A stretch of 15,421 nucleotides of DNA from an uncultured virus (IMG/VR IMGVR_UViG_2061766007_004178). Taxonomy: Duplodnaviria; Heunggongvirae; Uroviricota; Caudoviricetes. The translations under genes and the position numbers were made by a program. Shown piece by piece: positions 1 through 8,929 of this stretch (its first letter is position 1; each line of letters begins with the position of its first letter). Below the pieces are notes generated by a model. That model was not told where the DNA came from, searched no databases, and worked only from the letters and a program-made list of their open reading frames with translations. The DNA lies in the IMG/VR virus record IMGVR_UViG_2061766007_004178; one strand, given 5' to 3'.

Positions 1-935
1 CCCTGCGGATCAAATTGAATTTGGTCGCGATATTGAACATATCGCAGGTGACGTCCATGTACGCCTGCTTGCCGGTCTCATCGAACATATAGGTGATGAA
101 GCCGCCGCCGCGGGTGGTAGGCGCGGNNNNNNNNNNNNNNNNNNNNNNNNNNNNNNNNNNNNNNNNNNNNNNNNNNNNNNNNNNNNNNNNNNNNNNNNNN
201 NNNNNNATTGGCGTCGACGAACTTTCTTCTGCCGAATCTGATTCTCGTCGAAGCGTAGAATTTGACGGCGTCGCCGCAAGGCTCATCTAAGATATCGGCG
301 CCGGTATAGGTTTTGCCTTTGACTCTCGTTTGGTTGATCAGAATCAAATCGACGTCATTGGCTTTCATGGACGGAATAAGCTCGCGCTGCCATTTATATA
401 AGAACTTCGCGAGGGTTCCGCGCATGCCGTTGTCTTTCTCGAATTCGCTTTCGTAATCGATAGACGGGACTAAGGCAGGGATGGAATCGATGATGACCAA
501 CGATAAATCGCTGATGTTGTTCACCATATCAAGAACCGTGCCTAAAATGACTTCGCCAGGTTCGCCGACATCTGGGCTGTATACGTAAACCCTATCCGGG
601 TCGAACGAGTTTGCTTTCGCGTGGTATTTGACGTCATAGGTGTTTTCGACGTCCACGTACAGCACGATTTTGTCTTGGAAATTTCGCTGATAATCGGCGA
701 GTATGGCGCTGACGCCTGAGGTCTTGCCGCTGGAGTTTAGGCCAGATACTTCAGTGATTCGACCGCCGTGCGCAAAGCCGCCCCAAGTAGGATAGGCGAT
801 GCCTGGGCACAAAGATTTGATTCTGGTATATTGCGGAATTAAGCTCGACAATCTCAGAATCTTATCGTTTTTTCTCTCTTTCGCGAATTGCTTGGCATAC
901 TCCGCGAATGACATTTTCGTTGTTTTCTCTGCCAT
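1..935 (-). CDS. recA: RecA/UvsX-like recombinase (3' end runs off the window; an N gap shifts the apparent frame)
   Basis: GGFAHGGRITEVSGLNSSGKT (Walker A), YVDVE, LVIIDSIPAL (Walker B), ILINQTR, PCGDAVKFYASTRI. After the gap another frame continues APTTRGGGFITYMFDETG...LIRRG with no stop. RBS AAGGAG upstream of ATG 935. Confidence 0.93.
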
Positions 936-946
936 AATTCTCCTTA

Positions 947-1450
947 TTATTGACCTTCGTAATTATCGGTCAGCTTTCTGTCGCTGGCCCTTGAGATTAG
1001 AATGCTTTTGAGCGTATCGACGACGCGATGCGCCTCATCTAGCTTGGTTTTGATCTGGCTGGCGACCAGCTTATACAGCTTAGCGACGGCTTTTTCTTTG
1101 CTGGATGCTAAAATAGCGTGGTTTTTTCTCTGCTCGTTGTTGCCTGCCGCGGTATTCCAAGCCTCGGCTTCGGTCTCATCTTGGATGATTTCGGCGATCT
1201 CAGCGGCGATGCAGGTTTTGTCCTTCAATTCACCTAAATCATACGCCATCAGCGAAAGCTGAAGCTCGATGTTGCGAATCGCCTCATTGGATAGATTGTT
1301 GATGTCATCGCTGACTGACTTGATCAGGTCATCGATTTGCTTCGTGTAGTTCTTCACGATCTCTTTGGCCTGCGAATTCAAGCTGTTGTAAATAGTCTGA
1401 ATATCAGCCATTCCTTCGGCTAAAGTCTGGTCTAATTGAGTGATATCCAT
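947..1450 (-). CDS. Helical/coiled-coil protein, possibly a UvsY-like recombination mediator
   Basis: Likely start is ATG 1450, overlapping the recU stop (TAATG). 167 aa, all-helical pattern, directly upstream of recA. The function is inferred from size and context only. Confidence 0.55.
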   Translation of the reverse strand: MDITQLDQTLAEGMADIQTIYNSLNSQAKEIVKNYTKQIDDLIKSVSDDINNLSNEAIRNIELQLSLMAYDLGELKDKTCIAAEIAEIIQDETEAEAWNTAAGNNEQRKNHAILASSKEKAVAKLYKLVASQIKTKLDEAHRVVDTLKSILISRASDRKLTDNYEGQ

Positions 1451-1989
1451 TAGTCGTTGCCCTCCGTAAAGCAGTTTCGAGCTCTGCACTCGTTCAATAC
1501 GTCATCTGCTATCAAACGGGTGTAATCAGTCTCTAAAAACACCCTTTTCTTAGTCGATGGCAATTCTATTATATAATACGATTTATCGTTCAGCATTTTA
1601 AGGCTGATTGATTTCAATCCGTCTTTTTTCATCCTAAGAGCCTCGGCTGCCGGGCATGCGATCACCTTATCGTGGCTTCTGAACCAGATGATTATGTAAG
1701 TCTGCGTATCTTTGACGCCGATGAAGTCCTGCAATGAGCTGTCGCCGCTGCCTTTGCGGTCGAGCTGCGGTATCTTCGCGAAGTTTAATGTGCCTTCTTT
1801 GGTCTCCTTGCACTCAAGCATCCACATATAGCCATGATGCATGCCTAAGAAATCGCAAGGGTTCTGTGACGTTGTTTTGTATCCGGTGACCTGATCGTGC
1901 AGGCGGAGAAACCACGTATTTGGAAAACAGCACATCCAATCTTTTTTAAAGGTGCTCTCGAATTTTTTGCCGTAGTCGGAATTACTCAT
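1450..1989 (-). CDS. recU: RecU-like Holliday junction resolvase
   Basis: N-terminal GKKFE, NPCDF, LECKET (PD-(D/E)xK core) and IPQL pattern typical of RecU. 179 aa. Confidence 0.8.
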   Translation of the reverse strand: MSNSDYGKKFESTFKKDWMCCFPNTWFLRLHDQVTGYKTTSQNPCDFLGMHHGYMWMLECKETKEGTLNFAKIPQLDRKGSGDSSLQDFIGVKDTQTYIIIWFRSHDKVIACPAAEALRMKKDGLKSISLKMLNDKSYYIIELPSTKKRVFLETDYTRLIADDVLNECRARNCFTEGND

Positions 1990-3130
1990 TTACCGGATTG
2001 ACCTCTGATTCCTTTAGCTCTGGGATGAGATTGCTGATGTTTCCTCTGACGAATACGACGGCTTTATGGTTGCCGCAGTTCATCGTGACGTGATCGTTCT
2101 TGCATGAATCGACAATCAGCTTGATGTCGGCGAGGTTCACCGCCATAGAATAGCTCTCATCGACGTAGCTGCCGTTCTCGACGGTGACGGTCTCGATGTT
2201 TCCGAACTTGTCTCTGAGGACGAGCTCGTCGTTATCCATCGTGCAAGTGGCCGGAATGAAGGCCATGTTGACCTTATCGACGCTGTTCTTCGTGAAAAGC
2301 ATCAATCTGGAGATGGCCGCGGAGACCTCTTTGGCCGAAAGGACGACATGGTGGGCGTATGGCTCATCTAAGAAGCGCTTGGTCTGAATGCAAGGCTTCT
2401 GGACTTTATTGATGAGCATATCGTCGCTGGTGATGATGGCGGCAAGGTAAACGCTAGGTGTCTCAAGGGTGATTTTCGTCCTGGTGGTGCCGTTCGGCAA
2501 TGGGTCTTGGCCTAAGCTGAACAAAACGTCTTCTTTGAAAAGCTTGAAGAGCTTGACGATTCGCTCATTCAAGAGCAATTTGACAGGCTTTTCCAGCTCA
2601 AAGGCATTGACACAGGCGCCAGTCGTGAACGTAAAGCATCCGGTTTCGTCGATGTAGTACATCTTCTGAAGCTCATTGACGTCCATTTTCTTGACTTTGG
2701 CGACTTCTTTGCTGTTGACTGTGACGATGCTGTCGAGGATATCCCAGCTGATAGGCATCTCGACCGTTTTGTTCATGATTCTGATAGGCGGCAGAGACAT
2801 GAGCTTGTCGTTATCGTAAATCATAGGCAATTTGTATTTGCTTCTGCCGCTAGTCACGATGACCGCGTTGCCTTCGGTGGTCAGACCGAACGTCTCGCTC
2901 GTGATTTGGGAGACGAGATCGAGGAACAAAGACGCGTCGACGGTGGCCGTGAATTCGGTCGCTTCGGCAAGCTCGAACTTGCATGATACGTAATACTCTT
3001 TATTAGTTACGTTCAGGTATAGGCTCGTGTCTTTCGCTACGACCTCGAGGTTGGCTGCGTTGGCGTCTAAATCGGCGGCGAACAGAATCTTGTTCGCGAC
3101 TTCTTGGAAATCTTTGGTTTTTATGATCAT
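1982..3130 (-). CDS. dnaN: DNA polymerase III beta-type sliding clamp
   Basis: 382 aa with three-domain clamp-like patterns (LYLNVTNKE, ATVDASLFLDLVSQI, VIVTSGRSKYKLP, AVNLADIKLIV...NLIP). Follows polA. RBS TAGGAG. Confidence 0.8.
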   Translation of the reverse strand: MIIKTKDFQEVANKILFAADLDANAANLEVVAKDTSLYLNVTNKEYYVSCKFELAEATEFTATVDASLFLDLVSQITSETFGLTTEGNAVIVTSGRSKYKLPMIYDNDKLMSLPPIRIMNKTVEMPISWDILDSIVTVNSKEVAKVKKMDVNELQKMYYIDETGCFTFTTGACVNAFELEKPVKLLLNERIVKLFKLFKEDVLFSLGQDPLPNGTTRTKITLETPSVYLAAIITSDDMLINKVQKPCIQTKRFLDEPYAHHVVLSAKEVSAAISRLMLFTKNSVDKVNMAFIPATCTMDNDELVLRDKFGNIETVTVENGSYVDESYSMAVNLADIKLIVDSCKNDHVTMNCGNHKAVVFVRGNISNLIPELKESEVNPVNE

Positions 3131-3142
3131 CTGTCTTATCTC

Positions 3143-4480
3143 CTAAAATTCAAGGTCTGTGCCATCGTTGATGGCGCTATCTATGACCGCTTTGTCCAAT
3201 TCCGTGTGCAAAGCGTNNNNNNNNNNNNNNNNNNNNNNNNNNNNNNNNNNNNNNNNNNNNNNNNNNNNNNNNNNNNNNNNNNNNNCATTGGAACGTTGAT
3301 GTACGGCTTAGCCGTGTCGATCATAATCTGAGGAAGCCTTTTCTCGACTTGGTCGGCATACAGAGCCGGGCATTCGACCAAGACTTCGTCGTGGACGGTG
3401 ATAATCAGATGCGCGTCGAGCTCATTCAGCAATGGGTCTCTGTCGATGTTGATCATGGCGAGCTTCGTGAGGGAAGCGGCTCCGCCTTGGATGCNNNNNN
3501 NNNNNNNNNNNNNNNNNNNNNNNNNNNNNNNNNNNNNNNNNNNNNNNNNNNNNNNNNNNNNNNNNNNNNNNNNNNNNNNNNNNNNNNNNNNNNNNNNNNN
3601 NNNNNNNNNNNNNNNNNNNNNNNNNNNNNNNNNNNNNNNNNNNNNNNNNNNNNNNNNNNNNNNNNNNNNNNNNNNNNNNNNNNNNNNNNNNNNNNNNNNN
3701 NNNNNNNNNNNNNNNNNNNNNNNNNNNNNNNNNNNNNNNNNNNNNNNNNNNNNNNNNNNNNNNNNNNNNNNNNNNNNNNNNNNNNNNNNNNNNNNNNNNN
3801 NNNNNNNNNNNNNNNNNNNNNNNNNNNNNNNNNNNNNNNNNNNNNNNNNNNNNNNNNNNNNNNNNNNNNNNNNNNNNNNNNNNNNNNNNNNNNNNNNNNN
3901 NNNNNNNNNNNNNNNNNNNNNNNNNNNNNNNNNNNNNNNNNNNNNNNNNNNNNNNNNNNNNNNNNNNNNNNNNNNNNNNNNNNNNNNNNNNNNNNNNNNN
4001 NNNNNNNNNNNNNNNNNNNNNNNNNNNNNNNNNNNNNNNNNNNNNNNNNNNNNNNNNNNNNNNNNNNNNNNNNNNNNNNNNNNNNNNNNNNNNNNNNNNN
4101 NNNNNNNNNNNNNNNNNNNNNNNNNNNNNNNNNNNNNNNNNNNNNNNNNNNNNNNNNNNNNNNNNNNNNNNNNNNNNNNNNNNNNNNNNNNNNNNNNNNN
4201 NNNNNNNNNNNNNNNNNNNNNNNNNNNNNNNNNNNNNNNNNNNNNNNNNNNNNNNNNNNCGCTCTTTACCCTGCTTGCTCATGTGGGTCTTGTATCCGCA
4301 AACGATTTGCTTGCCGTTTTCTTCTATCACTGTGCCTTCCGGATAGAATTCGAGGTTCTCTTCGTATTTATTGTGGAATGCGGACTGCGCGATGACCGCG
4401 TAGAGGTCTTGGCCTTGCATATAGGCGTCGATCATCTTCTGGTCTTGACTGACGAACGCTGTTAAACGTGGTTCTTGAGC
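3143..4480 (-). CDS. polA: Family A DNA polymerase, C-terminal part (distal motif A, motif B region in gap, motif C); no start codon upstream of QEPR in its own frame
   Basis: AQEPRLTAFVSQDQKMIDAYMQGQDLY...GKER, then gap, then IQGGAASLTKLAM...LIITVHDEVLVE (motif C)...VPM, then gap, then ALHTELDKAVIDSAINDGTDLEF-TAG (3143-3145). Confidence 0.9.
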
Positions 4481-4542
4481 TAAGCAGAGTAGTCAGAACC
4501 AACAATTTTATATCTTGTTCTTGTATTGATCTTTCTACTCAT
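4480..4542 (-). CDS. 20-codon ORF MSRKINTRTRYKIVGSDYSA* carrying the first half of PolA motif A
   Basis: Strong RBS (AGAAAGGAAGGTGA) before ATG 4542. YKIVGSDYS matches the PolA motif A pattern (e.g. IVSADYSQIELR). Ends in TAG at 4482-4480. Not present in the ORF track. Confidence 0.8.
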   Translation of the reverse strand: MSRKINTRTRYKIVGSDYSA

Positions 4543-4610
4543 AATGGGCATCACCTTCCTTTCTAATTTAAATAATGGTATTTAGTGCTTTACGGCTTTA
4601 TAGCCTAAAA

Positions 4611-6604
4611 TTAAATATGCACGGAATATTCTTTTCTGTCTGCATTATAGACAATATTCTGAATAGTGGCGATTTCGCCGTCATCGACGACCAATTTGTC
4701 ACCGACCGACAGGTCTTTGCAATAAGCGAAGCCATTCGGCGTCTCAACTTCCGTTATCTCTGGGATTATGAACGGCTCATTGTCTTCGACTTCGATCTGC
4801 TTTTCGATTGTCTGAGCTTTGAAAAGCATACGTATTTCAGGGTTATGCGAAGGAATGTTTTGGATGTTGATGCCAGGAAGCTCGACTTTTCTGTTGTTTT
4901 CGTCGAGGTACTTCCATTTTCCGCCTGAAGAATAGCGGCCTGTGTCGGTGCCGGTCGAATTGAGCCTGAATCTGATGCGTCCGTCCGGCCAATGTTCGGC
5001 TAATGCTGGGATAGGGTCGATATAAGTCGATACGAGCTTGGTGATGCCGCGGCGCTGAAGCAATAATCCGCAGAGGCTGGCGGCNNNNNNNNNNNNNNNN
5101 NNNNNNNNNNNNTGCTGCCGTTCAATTCGACGGAAAGCTGGTCTTCGTCGCCGTCGACGGCGTCCATCTCGATGGCTTTGGTCAAAGCCTCCTGCTGTTC
5201 GACCGTGACGCGGCCTTTCAAAGCTTCGGCGATGCCTTTCAAATCGTCTTTTCCGGTTTTGCGGTCTTCCGATTTATAGGCTTCGCTTACGCATAATATG
5301 TCATAGAAAAGAATCGCGAGCTGCTGAGACGCGTTGAGGTTGATAGGGTCTTTGAGCTGCTCGGCCTTAGGCTTCGTCTCTTTGTAGCGTCTGCCTTCTG
5401 AATCGATCAAAGTGAATTGCGCCTCGATTTTTTCCTGCGACATCTTCGATTTCTTGGAGACGTACGTCTTGGTCTTCTCGTTCGCCTCAGGAGTGAGCCT
5501 CCAGGCGTCGATTATGCCTTTGAGCCTGGCCAATTCGGCGTTGATCTTCGCGTCGATCTCAGTAAGGCTGGCGTTGTATTTCTCTCTGAGCTTCTCGCCG
5601 AAGACCTGGTCGATAGGGACGCCTCGCATCTCCATCTTCGCGGTGACCTCGACGATAGGCATCTCGATATTATGGAACAGCCAGCTGAACATCGTGTTCT
5701 CTTCGCCTTCGAAATAAGGCGCTTCCCAAAGGTACATCTTATCGGTCATCATGGAGTCCGTAGCGGCGTAAAGCGCGAAAATCTCCGGCGGAACGAAGAT
5801 ATATGGGATATTCTCGAACAATCCTTCGATGTCGTACTTGACCTGTTTAGGATCGATGAGCGTGACGTAAAGGTATTTCAAGCTCGTCTTCTTGTCGCTG
5901 TATAGGTTCTCGTCTATGAGCCTGGCTCCGACGAGCGTATCCCAATCTGGGGCGAGGGCGACGCCGGTGTTCTTGAGGATGACCTCATAGTCGAACTTGC
6001 CGTTATGCATGATGACCTTGAAGTCGGCGAGCGGGATGAACGGCAGGTCTCCGACGTGGATTTTGAACCACTCGGAATACTGCTGTCCTTGATAGTCAGG
6101 CATCCATGCGCCGTGAATGGCGTTTCTGTACGCGACTATCCTGCGAAGCTGCTTGGCGCAGTCTTCGTACGTCAATTGCCCTGGCAAAAGCTCACCGGTT
6201 TTGTAATCGACGTGCTTTATAGGTATATAAGCCTGCTTCTGGCCAGGAACGTAAAGGCAAAGGCCGACCATTTCGGAATTCATAGCGTCGGTCGTGTTGT
6301 TCGTTTCGGTGTCGACCGCGATCCTGCCTGCTTTGAGGGCCTCGTCTATATAAGCAGAAAAGTCATCAATGTTCCTGATGACCACGGTGTTCGTTCGCTG
6401 CGATCCTAAGACCTTGATGACTTTCTCTGATATGAGCGCAAGTCGTTCTTCGATGGTCAGGTTCTTGGACGCCAAAAGCCTCTCCTCATCGGATTTGGCT
6501 GACCGCTTGCCGGATTCACCGGAAGCTTTTTTGGCGAGCTTCTTAACGTCGGCCTTCGTCTGGCTTAGGTTAATAGCGAAATCTTCTCCGAATAATCCTT
6601 CCAT
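4611..6604 (-). CDS. polA: Family A DNA polymerase, N-terminal part (3'-5' exonuclease, thumb, start of palm) ending in a Hint-like tail
   Basis: ExoI AVDTET, ExoII HNGKFD, ExoIII YAATD, IEMPIVEVTAKMEMRGV, INLNASQQL, KLVSTYID, TGTDTGRYSS, NIQNIPS...IRMLFKA. The two track ORFs (5000-6604 and 4611-5063) join across the N gap at 5085-5112. Confidence 0.93.
4614..4814 (-). other. Degenerate intein N-terminal (Hint-like) segment, 67 aa, at the C-terminus of PolA-N
   Basis: TEVETPNGFAYCKDLSVGDKLVVDDGEIATIQNI resembles the intein N-terminal pattern TxVxTxxGxxxIxDLxVGDxV. There is no Cys/Ser at the expected position 1 and no TxxH block. Confidence 0.6.
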
Positions 6605-7068
6605 CGAAGTCTCNNNNNNNNNNNNNNNNNNNNNNNNNNNNNNNNNNNNNNNNNNNNNNNNNNNNNNNNNNNNNNNNNNNNNNNNNNNNNNNNNNNNNNN
6701 NNNNNNNNNNNNNNNNNNNNNNNNNNNNNNNNNNNNNNNNNNNNNNNNNNNNNNNNNNNNNNNNNNNNNNNNNNNNNNNNNNNNNNNNNNNNNNNNNNNN
6801 NNNNNNNNNNNNNNNNNNNNNNNNNNNNNNNNNNNNNNNNNNNNNNNNNNNNNNNNNNNNNNNNNNNNNNNNNNNNNNNNNNNNNNNNNNNNNNNNNNNN
6901 NNNNNNNNNNNNNNNNNNNNNNNNNNNNNNNNNNNNNNNNNNNNNNNNNNNNNNNNNNNNNNNNNNNNNNNNNNNNNNNNNNNNNNNNNNNNNNNNNNNN
7001 NNNNNNNNNNNNNNNNNNNNNNNNNNNNNNNNNNNNNNNNNNNNNNNNNNNNNNNNNNNNNNNNNNNN

Positions 7069-7184
7069 AAGGCCTCTTCTCCGTCTTTGAGCTTGAAAAA
7101 GCCGATTTTGACGGCGTTGGACGTCTGGGCGGAAGCGGCCTTGTTGACCACCTCTTGGTATTGGTTGTAATTGAATTGACTCAT
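7069..7184 (-). CDS. gp32-like single-stranded DNA-binding protein, N-terminus (continues into gap)
   Basis: RBS AAAGGAG; MSQFNYNQYQ...GFFKLKDGEEA. Lies between primase and polA. Confidence 0.7.
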
Positions 7185-7196
7185 TTTCTTCTCCTT

Positions 7197-7234
7197 TAAT
7201 ATCTTTTATGAGTATCTTTGTATTTATATTATAC
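7197..7234 (-). promoter_or_regulatory. Putative SSB promoter (-10 TATAAT at 7228-7233) followed by two AAAGATAYT boxes abutting the RBS
   Basis: Minus strand reads GTATAATATAAATACAAAGATACTCATAAAAGATATTAAAGGAG. The GTATAATAT 9-mer is shared with 11948-11956. Confidence 0.55.
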
Positions 7235-7237
7235 GAC

Positions 7238-7842
7238 CTAACCGCGAGCGGATTCGAGCACTTTTTCGAATTCTTCGCGCGTCATTTCGTTAATATCCTT
7301 GCGATTGTCAGGGAACTTTGTCTCGACGATGATTATTCGCTTCGTCAGCTTCTCTTTCAAGGTCTTCAAGAAGCTTCTGCCTGCGGCATCGTTGTCGAAC
7401 ATGGCGTACAGGATGGTCAGGCATGATTTGTTGAGCTGGTCTATCTGATGGTCAGATATCTTGCCTAACGTCGCTATGGCGGGCATGCCGTACTCATAGC
7501 TCGTAAGGCAATCGAATGGGCCTTCCGTGATGACGGCGGTCCTGATATTGTGCTTCATGATGTAATCAAGGCAGTAGACCGGTTTCTCGACGTCTTTGTC
7601 GAGGTAGAACGTTTTCGTGTCTATTGCCCTTTTAGGTAGCATGACCAATTTCCCATGCATGTCGTACGCCGGGAAGATGACCTGTCTGTATTTCGGGTCG
7701 TATCTGACCTTGAATCTCTCGCAGACCTCGCGGGATAGCTTTCTTTTAGACAGGTATGGCGTCCATTTCTGATATTGGTCGAGGATGGATTCGTCGAGCC
7801 CTGGCTTGATGCCTTTGTTCTTGTTCAAGACGATCGGGTCGT
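7238..7842 (-). CDS. dnaG: DNA primase, C-terminal TOPRIM part
   Basis: VIFPAYD...KRAI, ITEGPFDCL, AIATLG, AMFDNDAAG, KDINEM. The 5' part is cut by an N gap. Confidence 0.88.
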
Positions 7843-7852
7843 NNNNNNNNNN

Positions 7853-8268
7853 CTGAAGTTGTCGAAAGCGCTGAAGTCGGTCGTGACGGCCTCTGGCTTA
7901 TCGTAGACAGGGATGTAGTCGATGCTGTATCTAGTGTCTTTTCCGGCTCCCATACGGGTGATCTTGAAGACGTGGGCAGAAAGGTCATTGAAGTCCCTTA
8001 ACTTCGTAGCGAGATCTCTTGAGAAATTGGCTGGTCTCTCCCAAACGACTGGCTTGGCTTCGCTGAAGGCTCCGGTGGTTGGATCCTTGTAGGCGACGAG
8101 CATCTGGACGTAAACGGTCTTGACGGCTTTGCCAATGACGTCATGTCCGGCCGCGGCTGCTTTGCAGAATGGGCAGGTATCGGAATAGGAACCGACCTCA
8201 TTGAGGCAGCTGACTGGGGTGAAACCAGTGCCTAAGCCTTCGAACTTCTTGCCATAGGCTGGCTTATG
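7853..8268 (-). CDS. gp32-like SSB, middle fragment (contig probably misplaced; belongs in the 6614-7068 gap)
   Basis: H...VSCLN...DTCPFC Zn ligands, PVVWER, FKITRMGAGKDTRYSI. These patterns are typical of gp32-like phage SSBs. Confidence 0.7.
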
Positions 8269-8929
8269 NNNNNNNNNNNNNNNNNNNNNNNNNNNNNNNN
8301 NNNNNNNNNNNNNNNNNNNNNNNNNNNNNNNNNNNNNNNNNNNNNNNNNNNNNNNNNNNNNNNNNNNNNNNNNNNNNNNNNNNNNNNNNNNNNNNNNNNN
8401 NNNNNNNNNNNNNNNNNNNNNNNNNNNNNNNNNNNNNNNNNNNNNNNNNNNNNNNNNNNNNNNNNNNNNNNNNNNNNNNNNNNNNNNNNNNNNNNNNNNN
8501 NNNNNNNNNNNNNNNNNNNNNNNNNNNNNNNNNNNNNNNNNNNNNNNNNNNNNNNNNNNNNNNNNNNNNNNNNNNNNNNNNNNNNNNNNNNNNNNNNNNN
8601 NNNNNNNNNNNNNNNNNNNNNNNNNNNNNNNNNNNNNNNNNNNNNNNNNNNNNNNNNNNNNNNNNNNNNNNNNNNNNNNNNNNNNNNNNNNNNNNNNNNN
8701 NNNNNNNNNNNNNNNNNNNNNNNNNNNNNNNNNNNNNNNNNNNNNNNNNNNNNNNNNNNNNNNNNNNNNNNNNNNNNNNNNNNNNNNNNNNNNNNNNNNN
8801 NNNNNNNNNNNNNNNNNNNNNNNNNNNNNNNNNNNNNNNNNNNNNNNNNNNNNNNNNNNNNNNNNNNNNNNNNNNNNNNNNNNNNNNNNNNNNNNNNNNN
8901 NNNNNNNNNNNNNNNNNNNNNNNNNNNNN

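Noticed and set aside
4478..4486. TGC TTA GCT (C-L-A) in the downstream frame resembling an intein start, or a 5-nt group I intron remnant
   Set aside because: Only three residues with no intein body. No placement of the 5 nt gives both a U-ending 5' exon and a terminal G.
4480..4817. AGCTCA repeated at the FKA-Q and A-QEPR junctions, suggesting excision of the whole insert
   Set aside because: Joining there would delete the catalytic DYS of motif A.
5085..5112. Apparent frameshifts in polA-N, and likewise in recA (127-206), polA-C (3217-3285) and the genes at 13520, 14592 and 14955
   Set aside because: Each frame change coincides with an N run of estimated length, so none is evidence of recoding. 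The 4480 junction differs because it lies in ungapped sequence.
7853..8268. SSB middle located upstream of its own start (gene permutation)
   Set aside because: Flanked by N gaps, including a 10-N join. It is similar in size to the 6614-7068 gap where it belongs, so it is likely an assembly ordering artefact.
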